A DNA stretch of 64,000 bases, taken from Selenomonadaceae bacterium. GTDB lineage: Bacteria; Bacillota; Negativicutes; Selenomonadales; Selenomonadaceae. Below, piece after piece: positions 9,085-17,362 of this stretch (positions are counted from its first letter, which is position 1; each line of letters starts with the position of its first letter). The DNA is taken from assembly GCA_017554235.1 (NCBI GenBank), contig JAFZIV010000061.1, positions 15,984 through 79,983 of the forward strand, given 5' to 3'. The translations under genes were made by a program, and so were the position numbers. Under the pieces are notes generated by a model. The model did no database searches. It had not been told where the DNA came from and worked only from the letters and a program-made list of their open reading frames with translations.

Positions 9085-9405
9085 ATGCTGAAAATTAAAA
9101 TTGCGAAAAGTTTTTTTAGCCGTTTTATAGGACTAATGGGCAAGAAAAATTTGCCAAAAGAAACGGGCTTGCTTATTGCTCCGTGTCAAAGTATTCATAT
9201 GATGTTCATGAGATTTTCAATCGACGCTGTTTATATCGACAAAAATTTTGTGATAAAAAAAATCGTCCCCAATTTAAAAACTTGGATAGGAATTTCGATT
9301 TGTACAAGTGCTTGGGGAGTAATTGAACTTGCGGCGGGCGAAGCTGAACGATTAAATTTAAAAGTTGGCGAAAAATTAACTGTAGAAATTGTAACCAAAA
9401 TTTAA
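9085..9405 (+). CDS. DUF192 domain protein
   Basis: 106 aa. The motifs F..RF.GLMG...L....GLLI.PC.SIHM.FM.F.ID match the DUF192 (COG1430) pattern as I recall it. Confidence 0.6.
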   Translation: MLKIKIAKSFFSRFIGLMGKKNLPKETGLLIAPCQSIHMMFMRFSIDAVYIDKNFVIKKIVPNLKTWIGISICTSAWGVIELAAGEAERLNLKVGEKLTVEIVTKI

Positions 9406-9452
9406 ATTTCTCTGTGAGATTATCCCGCTAAATCACAGCTAAATTGTTGTAA

Positions 9453-9476
9453 ATTGTCAGAATTTAGTTTGACAAT
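9453..9476. promoter_or_regulatory. 7-bp inverted repeat overlapping the -35 box (candidate operator)
   Basis: attgtca (9453-9459) and tgacaat (9470-9476), separated by 10 nt. The right half overlaps TTGACA. An aaattgt direct repeat lies just upstream. Confidence 0.3.
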
Positions 9477-9497
9477 GAAATTTATATGAGATATAAT
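9469..9497 (+). promoter_or_regulatory. sigma-70-type consensus promoter upstream of the Tad operon
   Basis: TTGACA (9469-9474), exactly 17 nt of spacer, then TATAAT (9492-9497). It lies about 140 nt upstream of the cpaB start. Confidence 0.55.
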
Positions 9498-9636
9498 TCA
9501 TAGAAATAAGTTATTGTATCAATAAAATTATTTCAATAAAAAATTTAAGTTCGGAATTTATAAATTTTTCTCTCTTACTATAAAAAATGAGGTGAGAAAA
9601 ATATTTTTTGCACTTATTTGCTGAGAGGCGAAACAT

Positions 9637-10677
9637 TTGTTTGACAAGCTTTTCAATAAATTAAATGATTTAAATCCGCGTCAACTCTTAATCTTAGCGG
9701 GAATTGTAATGTTTTTAATGTTCATTACAATTTATATTTTTTTATCGTGGTTTACGGCTAAAGAAGAACTCGATAAACCTGTAAATGAACCTGCACAACT
9801 TGAAACGGTAGCCAAACAAATTGTTGTCGTTGCCAAAACGGATATTCCGCCCTTGACAGTTATAAATCTTGATATGTTGCAAACTAAAGAAATTGCGGCA
9901 GATTTAGTTCCTGAAGGCGCGATAACTTCTGTTGAAAAAGTTTTGAATATTCCAGCCAAGACGGAAATTTTTGCGGGCGACGTAATCACCGAACGAAAAC
10001 TTGCATCTGATATGAAAGGTTCAACTTTTGTCGGTTCAATTCCTGCAGATTGTCGAGCCGTTTCGATAAGTGTAAATGAAATCACCGGTGTTGACGGTTT
10101 TGCCAAGCCCGGCGATAAAGTAGATTTGATTCTTGTCGAGACAGATAAAAATCGCAGAGTAAGTACAAGTATTTTGTTGCAAGATGTTTTGTTACTTAGC
10201 ATTAATAAAAACATGGATAAAACTAACACGACAACTACAACAGAAAGCGGACAAGTGGTGACTGCGGCGATAGACAGTCCTTCAATAGCAACTTTCGCGT
10301 TGCACCCTGATGAAGTTTTGAGATTGGTTTCTGCGTCTAAGATTGGCGAAATTTATTTAACACTTCGTCCGCTTAAACCTTCGACGAGATATTCCGGCAG
10401 TACTGCTTACGAAATGGATTCGGTTCTGGCAAATAAATTACAAGAAGAAAAACAACAGCCTGAACCTGAACCCGAGAAAAAAGAGGAAGTTAAACCACCT
10501 GTAACTGAAAAAGTTGAACCCGTTAAAGAAAAACCTGCTGAAGTTGCTCCACAAAATATTGAACCTGAAACATTTGAAATTATCTATGGTGACGTGCCAT
10601 CGAATCCTGAAAATGAGAAAAAGAAAGTTTCTGAGTCGAAGATTGATGAAGAAAGTAAAACTGGTACAGATGAATAA
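9637..10677 (+). CDS. cpaB: Flp pilus assembly protein CpaB/RcpC
   Basis: N-terminal TM anchor, SAF-like region, and the CpaB core (R.AVSI.V....GV.GF..PGD.VD..L). The low-complexity Pro/Glu/Lys-rich C-terminal tail is unusual. TTG start. Confidence 0.8.
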   Translation: MFDKLFNKLNDLNPRQLLILAGIVMFLMFITIYIFLSWFTAKEELDKPVNEPAQLETVAKQIVVVAKTDIPPLTVINLDMLQTKEIAADLVPEGAITSVEKVLNIPAKTEIFAGDVITERKLASDMKGSTFVGSIPADCRAVSISVNEITGVDGFAKPGDKVDLILVETDKNRRVSTSILLQDVLLLSINKNMDKTNTTTTTESGQVVTAAIDSPSIATFALHPDEVLRLVSASKIGEIYLTLRPLKPSTRYSGSTAYEMDSVLANKLQEEKQQPEPEPEKKEEVKPPVTEKVEPVKEKPAEVAPQNIEPETFEIIYGDVPSNPENEKKKVSESKIDEESKTGTDE

Positions 10678-10691
10678 AAGTGGGAAGAATT

Positions 10692-12125
10692 ATGAAACGA
10701 TTAATATTTTTGCTCCTTGTCGCGTATATAATGTGTGTAGCTGTATCTTCCGTTTACGCGCAGAATCACATTCAAACTGTTAATCTTAATTTTCATTCTT
10801 CAAAGCACATCAAGTTGAATTCAAACATTACCAGAATTTACGTAGGAAGTCGTACGATTGCCGTAGCCGACAGATTGCCGCCGGCTATGGACGAATTTAT
10901 TATCACCAGCACCGGCGCAGAAGGTACAACTACAATCTTTGTATGGACTGTCGACGGTTCAGAGTACGAATATACGATAAATGTGTTTGACGATGAATCC
11001 AGAATTGCTGATGAGATTGAACGCGCTATAAACTTGCCTGATGTTCACGTTAAAAAAGTTGATAAAAAAATTCTTTTGACAGGTACTGTTAAAAATCAGT
11101 ATGAAAAAAATTATGCTATTCAGGTTGCGCGATTGTATGCGGACAGCGGAAGCAAAAGCAGTTTAAACTTCGGTAGCACGGTAAATCCGCAATTAAGCAC
11201 CCAATCTTCCAAAGTCGACGAGTCAAATACAATTCTTACCAACACCGATAAAGTACAAGATGAAGGCAACGTCATTGATTTATTGCAAATGTTAAACGCA
11301 ACGCAAATTCGTCTTGAAGCACAAGTTTTGGCAATCAGTTCAGAAGATGCTAAAGACATAGGAATTTTATACGGTAACAGTAGTCCCAGTGGTATGCCCG
11401 GTGTGTTTTATGTTGGCGAGTCTTACAAAAGGAACGAATCGTCCGGTTCCTTATTAAATCCTTGGAATTGGTTGATGCACAGGCATGATAACATCAATAT
11501 GCAGATAAGTGCGTTAATTACAAACAGTAAGGCAAAAATTTTATCCCGTCCCAGTATTATGACTTTGAGCGGTGAACAAGCAACTATACAAATCGGTGGA
11601 GAAATTCCATACACAACTTACGACGAAAATAACAGACCCAGCGTTAAATTTAGAGATTACGGGATTATTTTACAATTCAAGCCAATAGTTGATGCTCAAG
11701 GTAATATTGTTTCGACAATCTACACCGAAGTCAGTAACGTCAGCGGAGAGTATGTAGGGGATAATCCGATTATTGCGACACGCCGCGCAGATTCCGTAGT
11801 TAGCTTACAGTCCGGTACAACTATGGTTATTGGCGGGCTTATGGATTCTTCAGAAAGAAAAGTTTTAAATAAAATTCCGTTGCTTGGCGATATTCCTATA
11901 ATCGGAGAATTTTTCAAGTATTCTTCCAAAACTAAGGATAAGCAGGAGTTAATAATTTTAGTCACACCGTACATTGTTGGCGATGACGAAACGGGACGCG
12001 CAAGAATGTCTGAATCGATGAGAGATTTGTATAATGCGGGACAAGAAGAAAAAGATAATTTGAATGACGTTGATCTAAACAATTCGCCCAAAAATGACTA
12101 TAAATCTGATATTCGTAGAAGATAA
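10692..12125 (+). CDS. cpaC: Tad secretin CpaC/RcpA
   Basis: Signal peptide, BON-like N-domain, and secretin core (ILSRPSIMTLSGEQATIQIGGEIPY ... IPLLGDIPIIGEFFKYS...ELIILVTPYIV). I chose the ATG at 10692 over the GVG-track GTG at 10680. Confidence 0.9.
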   Translation: MKRLIFLLLVAYIMCVAVSSVYAQNHIQTVNLNFHSSKHIKLNSNITRIYVGSRTIAVADRLPPAMDEFIITSTGAEGTTTIFVWTVDGSEYEYTINVFDDESRIADEIERAINLPDVHVKKVDKKILLTGTVKNQYEKNYAIQVARLYADSGSKSSLNFGSTVNPQLSTQSSKVDESNTILTNTDKVQDEGNVIDLLQMLNATQIRLEAQVLAISSEDAKDIGILYGNSSPSGMPGVFYVGESYKRNESSGSLLNPWNWLMHRHDNINMQISALITNSKAKILSRPSIMTLSGEQATIQIGGEIPYTTYDENNRPSVKFRDYGIILQFKPIVDAQGNIVSTIYTEVSNVSGEYVGDNPIIATRRADSVVSLQSGTTMVIGGLMDSSERKVLNKIPLLGDIPIIGEFFKYSSKTKDKQELIILVTPYIVGDDETGRARMSESMRDLYNAGQEEKDNLNDVDLNNSPKNDYKSDIRRR

Positions 12126-12167
12126 AAAATTTTAACTCTGTAATGTCAATACAGAGGAGGTTTTCAT

Positions 12168-12998
12168 ATGAAACAAGGAAGCGTAATTATCAGCGTGTTT
12201 AGTACAACGCCGGGTATAGGAAAAACATTGACAGCGATAAATTTAGCTACGAGATTGTCTAATGCAGGCAACCGAGTTTGTCTTTTGGATTTGGATTTGC
12301 AATTTGGCGACGTAATGCATTATTTGAAATTAAGTTCAGATAAGACAATCGCTACAGCTCAATGGACTTTAAAAAACGAGCCGGAAAAATTTGACATAAA
12401 AGATTTTTTAGTAGATTATATGCCGGATTATTTTACTTTATCGATTCTTGCCGCGCCTGTATATGTCCGTGACGCATATCAAATTGATGTTACAGCCGTC
12501 GAGACTATCATAACCGAATATCTCAAAGATTTTGATTTCATCGTATTGGATCTTAGTTCCGCTTTCAGTTCGCTTAATCTTGCAATGTTGGATTTGAGTA
12601 CGGTTATAAATTATCTCGGCGTCATAGATTTTTTGCCTGCGCTGAAAAATTATAAAATCGGTTACGATACTTTGATCCGCTTTGAATATGAGGAACAAAA
12701 AATAAGACTGGTTGAAAACCGCGCAGATTCTCAAAAGCTGATTAACAGTTCCGATGTCGAAAAACTTTTGGGTGAACCTTTTTATCACAGATTGCCTAAT
12801 GATTTTGCCGCTGCAAATAGATCCATTCAAGAGGGAAATCCGTTAATGTTTTCGGCGACCAATTCAAGATTGGATATGAGTTTTTTGCAACTTGCATCAA
12901 AATATTCAGACGGTAAAATAATATTACCAAAACAAGAAGAGGAAGAGAAACCTAAAAAAGGCTTCTTTTCACAAGTTATTGATAATTTGTTCGGCTAG
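12168..12998 (+). CDS. ParA/MinD-like ATPase, TadZ/CpaE family (no receiver domain)
   Basis: Deviant Walker A region SVFSTTPGIGKT and the LLDLDLQFGD motif typical of CpaE/TadZ. A GGAGG site sits 7 nt upstream. Confidence 0.7.
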   Translation: MKQGSVIISVFSTTPGIGKTLTAINLATRLSNAGNRVCLLDLDLQFGDVMHYLKLSSDKTIATAQWTLKNEPEKFDIKDFLVDYMPDYFTLSILAAPVYVRDAYQIDVTAVETIITEYLKDFDFIVLDLSSAFSSLNLAMLDLSTVINYLGVIDFLPALKNYKIGYDTLIRFEYEEQKIRLVENRADSQKLINSSDVEKLLGEPFYHRLPNDFAAANRSIQEGNPLMFSATNSRLDMSFLQLASKYSDGKIILPKQEEEEKPKKGFFSQVIDNLFG

Positions 12999-13011
12999 GC
13001 GGTGAAATTTT

Positions 13012-14118
13012 ATGGCATATCAAGTTATTGTAGTTGAAGAAGATAAACAGGTATTAGAAAAATTAACCACCGCGCTTAGAAGGTCGCCAGACTTTGAAGT
13101 TGCCTCAACTTACAAAACGGCTGATTTAGCACTTGGACAAAGCCGAATGTTTAAGCCAAATTTATTTTTGATTAATGTTGATGACAGCGAGAACGTTCAA
13201 TTACTTCGGTCTTTTGTGAATTCTTATCCCCACGCCAAAATTTTAGGAATGTTAAGTTCTTGGGATTCAAGTATAGTTTATTCTTGCACTAAGGTGGGCA
13301 TAGACGGCTGTATTTTAAAATCTTTTACCGTTGAAGAAATTAAAAAAGCTCTTCAACTTTATGCACTGCGCGGTGAAAAACGTCCATCACGTTTAATAGC
13401 TTTCTTCAGTCCGAAGGGTCGTGCAGGTCGCACAACCGCCGCGTCGATTCTTGCTTTAAAATTGGCTGAAAAAAGCGGTGATCGTGTCGCGTTAATCGAT
13501 GCCGATTTGCAATTTGGGGATATGCCGATTTTCTTTGACGTTGACCCTGAAAATACGATAATTGAGGCTTCACAAGATATAAAATTGCTTAACCCGCTGA
13601 CTTTTGAGCCATATTTTTGTCCTTTGAAAGATAATTTGTCTTTGCTTGCAAGTTCGGAGCAACCTGAATATGCCGAACTGGTAGAAGCGGAAAATTTTAT
13701 CGAAGTTATCAAAATGACTTGCACATTGTTCAGATATGTTTTGATAGATTTGCCTTCGGGATTTAATCCGATTTCAATAAATACTTGCGATTTGGTAGAC
13801 ACAAGTGTTATTATGGTAATGTTGGACAATGTCTTTGATATTTACCATATGCGCCGCGCCTTAGAAATGTTTCAAACTTTCAGAAAGGATCGCAAAAGAA
13901 TTTATACCTGTTTTACTCGTGTCAATCCTTGCACAGAGGAAGAGCGGTTAAAACTTCAGCGTGAACTCGGTTATCCCGTGACAGATATTTTGCCTAATGA
14001 ATATCAAATGATTTCGCTTGCTAACAGCGGCAGACTTTTAAAGGGCTTGCCGAAAGATTCCAAGTTTATGGAATATGCCGATAAATTTACTGACGACATC
14101 ATTAACGATAGGAGATGA
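13012..14118 (+). CDS. TadZ/CpaE with N-terminal receiver-like domain
   Basis: An N-terminal CheY-like fold of about 120 aa, then a MinD-like domain (FFSPKGRAGRTT, LIDADLQFGD). This is the classical CpaE architecture. Confidence 0.75.
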   Translation: MAYQVIVVEEDKQVLEKLTTALRRSPDFEVASTYKTADLALGQSRMFKPNLFLINVDDSENVQLLRSFVNSYPHAKILGMLSSWDSSIVYSCTKVGIDGCILKSFTVEEIKKALQLYALRGEKRPSRLIAFFSPKGRAGRTTAASILALKLAEKSGDRVALIDADLQFGDMPIFFDVDPENTIIEASQDIKLLNPLTFEPYFCPLKDNLSLLASSEQPEYAELVEAENFIEVIKMTCTLFRYVLIDLPSGFNPISINTCDLVDTSVIMVMLDNVFDIYHMRRALEMFQTFRKDRKRIYTCFTRVNPCTEEERLKLQRELGYPVTDILPNEYQMISLANSGRLLKGLPKDSKFMEYADKFTDDIINDRR

Positions 14119-14125
14119 AAAAATT

Positions 14126-15091
14126 TTGATTCTCCTTGCCGCGTTGTTAATGTCAATCTTTGGGCTTTTACTGCTTTTACTTTTGGTAGTGTATTCGCGC
14201 AAACAGGTTAATAAAATAGATATTTCTAGGATTCTTCGGCGGCAACATATCGTGGACGCAAAATTTAAAAAAGCTGATACAAAGACTTTGGTTGAAAGGC
14301 TTTACGGCATTGTTCAAGAAATTGCTAAGCCGCTTGTCGATAGAAGAATTTTTGAAGGATTAGACCTTAAATTGAAACAAGCTGACATACAAATTGCCGG
14401 CGCAGAGTTCTTCATAATAATTTTGTTTGTAGTACTTGTGACAGGTATTTTGATGTATATGCTGACGATCAATTTTTTGTTTTCTGTAGTAACGTGTTGG
14501 GGAATTCCGCTGTTTGCTTGGATTTTGATATTACTTCGGATTCAAAAGCGGAAAGCTTCTTTCACGGAACAGCTTGGAGATTGTCTCGTAACTGTGGCTA
14601 ATGCTTTACGCGCAGGATACAGCTTTCAACAAGCAATGGAGGTGATTGCAAAGGAAATGGAACCGCCTATAAGTCAAGAGTTTTCGCGAACTTTCACTGA
14701 TGTTAAAATGGGAATAACGCTTGAAAGAGCATTGGAGCAAATGAATCAACGCGTTGACAGTGCAGATTTCTCGCTTGTGGTAACTGCCGTATTGATTCAG
14801 CGCGAAGTCGGCGGTAACCTTGCACAAATCCTTGACTCAATCAGCGAAACGATTATTGAGCGCATCAGGATGAAACGCGAAATACACGCCTTGACCGCGC
14901 AGGGTAGAATGTCTGCAATGGTGTTATTAGCTTTACCTTTTGCAATGGGAATTTTCATGTATTTTGCCAATCCAGATCAATTTATGATTTTGTTTGAAGA
15001 TTCTTTCGGTCAAATTGCTGTTATCGTTGCGATTGTACTGAATATAATAGGATTTATTATTATAAGAAGAATCGTCGATATTGAAGTATAG
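14126..15091 (+). CDS. tadB: Flp pilus assembly platform protein TadB (T2SS F family)
   Basis: T2SSF domain (LRAGYSFQQAM, REVGGNL) and TM helices. TTG at 14126 is the preferred start (AGGAGA 10 nt upstream). The ORF-track start at 14075 would overlap tadZ. Confidence 0.8.
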   Translation: MILLAALLMSIFGLLLLLLLVVYSRKQVNKIDISRILRRQHIVDAKFKKADTKTLVERLYGIVQEIAKPLVDRRIFEGLDLKLKQADIQIAGAEFFIIILFVVLVTGILMYMLTINFLFSVVTCWGIPLFAWILILLRIQKRKASFTEQLGDCLVTVANALRAGYSFQQAMEVIAKEMEPPISQEFSRTFTDVKMGITLERALEQMNQRVDSADFSLVVTAVLIQREVGGNLAQILDSISETIIERIRMKREIHALTAQGRMSAMVLLALPFAMGIFMYFANPDQFMILFEDSFGQIAVIVAIVLNIIGFIIIRRIVDIEV

Positions 15092-15137
15092 TAAGCTTTT
15101 AGAGTGTGGAAAAATTTTTTGAAGGGAGGTGATTTCT

Positions 15138-15338
15138 ATGTTTAAACATATTTACGCTTTCACCAACAAGATTAAATCGTACCTTTCTGAAAAGGGACAG
15201 GGCATGGTTGAGTACGCGCTGATTCTTGCTCTGGTCGCCGGAATTGCTGCGGTAGCTTTGAATGGCGGTCTTAGAGATGCTGTTAGCGGTGCTTTTACCA
15301 AAGCAACCTCTCAAATTAACAGTGCAACCGGAAGTTAG
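15138..15338 (+). CDS. flp: Flp family type IVb pilin
   Basis: 66 aa. The Flp motif G/MVEYALILALVAGIAAV is present (processing site G-XXXXEY). The GGGAGG site lies 8 nt upstream of the ATG. Confidence 0.85.
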   Translation: MFKHIYAFTNKIKSYLSEKGQGMVEYALILALVAGIAAVALNGGLRDAVSGAFTKATSQINSATGS

Positions 15339-15395
15339 CAGTAACCCAAGCTAATAATATCAAGTAGACTTTTAATAACGATTAAAAATTTTCAT

Positions 15396-15422
15396 GCTCC
15401 TGAATTTGCAGGGGCTTTTTTC
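15396..15422 (+). terminator. hairpin plus U-tract after flp (terminator or attenuator)
   Basis: gctcctg aatttg cagggg c followed by tttttt. It lies between flp and tadE. Confidence 0.5.
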
Positions 15423-15439
15423 TTAGGGGGGTGAATTTA

Positions 15440-15841
15440 ATGAAGAATCAGAAGGGACAAGCCGCCGTTGAATTTGCATTAGTAGCAGTATTGTTTTTTA
15501 CGATGTGTTTTGGTATGATTTACGGTGGAATGGTTTTTATGGACTATCTCCAGTACAACAATTCGGCGCGTGAAGCTGTAAGAAATATTGCATTGGCAAC
15601 TACCGATAGCCAACGTACCGAAGCAGAAAATAACTTCAAAAATAGTACGTACCAGCTTACAAAGTTGTACATACCAACGCGTGAAGTTACATATTCCACA
15701 GATAAAACAAGTGTCGAAGTTAAAATCAAACTTAAATTGAATAAAGATGAATTTCCCGGACTTCCGTTAGATTTGAAATTTCCACCAGAAGAATTGACAA
15801 TTAAAGTAGTAATGCCATTAGAACATAAATCTGAAAGTTGA
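15440..15841 (+). CDS. tadE: TadE-like pseudopilin
   Basis: N-terminus KGQAAVEFALVAVLFF matches the TadE/TadF-type leader and hydrophobic segment. About 130 aa. Confidence 0.75.
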   Translation: MKNQKGQAAVEFALVAVLFFTMCFGMIYGGMVFMDYLQYNNSAREAVRNIALATTDSQRTEAENNFKNSTYQLTKLYIPTREVTYSTDKTSVEVKIKLKLNKDEFPGLPLDLKFPPEELTIKVVMPLEHKSES

Positions 15842-15854
15842 CGGTGATTAAAAA

Positions 15855-17351
15855 ATGAGGTCTCTTTCATTACTTGAAAGATTGAGCGGCAAGAAAAAAG
15901 ATACGAATAAACCAGTCCGCACGACATTAAAAGATTTAGCAAATCCGCAAACTTCGCCGCAAACTCCGCAAGTGCCTGAAGAAAAGCCGCAAATTTATTC
16001 GCGCGACGGTCATTCGCAAAATGATGCGCCGGTTATAGCGTCATCTTTCGTCGGCAGGCGTCCGATCGAAACAAAAAGCGAGCAGGTTCATGATTTAAAA
16101 CTTGCAATTCACAGGCGTATCGTAAACGAAATGACGCCGGAAGAAGAAGCGTTGCTGACTAGAGGCGAATCTGCGCGGGAAGAAGTAAAAAATGTAATTG
16201 CTTCTTACAGTACGCGTGAACTTACGGATAGCACGTATAATTTGACGCGCACCGACAGAAATAATTTGATTGAGGATATTTGTAATGAACTTTTAGGACT
16301 CGGACCGCTTGAACCGCTCTTGAAAGATGAAAGCATTACAGAAATCATGGTTAATGGTGCAAAAACTATCTTCATCGAACAAGCAGGTAAATTAAAACTC
16401 ACTGACGTATATTTTTATGACGACACGCATTTAATGAATGTAATTGAAAGGATACTGACGCCATTGGGAAGGCGCGTTGATGAATCTTCACCGCTGGTTG
16501 ACGCAAGACTTGCTGACGGTTCGCGCGTCAACATTATTATCCCGCCGTTGGCTTTAACAGGTCCTACAGTCACCATAAGAAAATTTTCCAAAAAGGCACT
16601 CGGTATAAATGATTTGGTCGGCTTCGGAACTTTAAGCGAAAACATGGCAGAATTTTTACAAGCATGTGTTAGAGCGCGATTGAATATTTTGGTTTCCGGC
16701 GGCACAGGTTCAGGAAAAACTACAACTTTAAATGCGCTTAGTTCATTTATTCCTGAAAACGAAAGAATTGTTACAATAGAAGACGCCGCAGAATTAAAAC
16801 TTCAACAGCAACACGTAGTTACTTTGGAGGCGCGTCCCGCGAATCTTGAAGGCAAAGGCGCAATTACGATTCGTGACTTGGTAAGAAATGCTTTGCGTAT
16901 GCGTCCCGATAGAATTATCGTCGGCGAAGTTCGCACAGGCGAAGCGTTAGATATGTTGCAAGCCATGAATACAGGACATGACGGCTCATTGACAACCGCG
17001 CACGCCAATACTCCGCGCGACGTTTTAAGCAGACTTGAAACAATGGTTTTAATGGCAGGAATGGAGTTGCCTGTTCGCGCAGTCAGAACGCAAGTTTCCT
17101 CTGCTCTCGATTTAATTATTCAGCAGTCCAGAATCCGCGACGGTAGCAGAAAAATTACTCATATATCAGAAGTTCAAGGTATGGAAGGCGACACTATTAT
17201 TTTGCAAGATTTATTTAACTACGTGCAAGATTATATTGACGATCGCGGAAAATCCGTCGGGCATTTTGAGGCGTCAGGACTTCAACCAAACTTTATGGAC
17301 AAATTTAAGATGAACGGCGTAGATATTCCCTTGTCACTTTTTCAACGTTAG
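15855..17351 (+). CDS. cpaF: Tad pilus secretion ATPase CpaF/TadA
   Basis: Walker A GGTGSGKTT, Asp box, Walker B, and His box (TGHDGSLTTAHAN). 498 aa with a disordered N-terminal region. Confidence 0.95.
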   Translation: MRSLSLLERLSGKKKDTNKPVRTTLKDLANPQTSPQTPQVPEEKPQIYSRDGHSQNDAPVIASSFVGRRPIETKSEQVHDLKLAIHRRIVNEMTPEEEALLTRGESAREEVKNVIASYSTRELTDSTYNLTRTDRNNLIEDICNELLGLGPLEPLLKDESITEIMVNGAKTIFIEQAGKLKLTDVYFYDDTHLMNVIERILTPLGRRVDESSPLVDARLADGSRVNIIIPPLALTGPTVTIRKFSKKALGINDLVGFGTLSENMAEFLQACVRARLNILVSGGTGSGKTTTLNALSSFIPENERIVTIEDAAELKLQQQHVVTLEARPANLEGKGAITIRDLVRNALRMRPDRIIVGEVRTGEALDMLQAMNTGHDGSLTTAHANTPRDVLSRLETMVLMAGMELPVRAVRTQVSSALDLIIQQSRIRDGSRKITHISEVQGMEGDTIILQDLFNYVQDYIDDRGKSVGHFEASGLQPNFMDKFKMNGVDIPLSLFQR

Positions 17352-17362
17352 GGTTGATAATC

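Noticed and set aside
9732-10229. 165-aa antisense ORF within cpaB. Similar long antisense ORFs lie at 13359-13829, 15544-15942, 36799-37401, 39079-39651, 43563-43991, 55414-55785 and 61078-61500.
   Set aside because: They lie fully inside well-supported genes on the opposite strand, have low-complexity or odd composition, and lack an RBS. They are typical shadow ORFs.
14075-14125. The track start of tadB at 14075, and the track starts of glgC (23454), fabF (54980), fabK (55964), fabG (57146), rnc (53719), cpaC (10680), flp (15129), tadE (15431) and the cyclase (17354).
   Set aside because: The upstream extensions overlap preceding genes or contain the GGAGG site itself. Downstream ATG/TTG/GTG codons with 6-11-nt spacing to a strong RBS give N-termini matching the family consensus.
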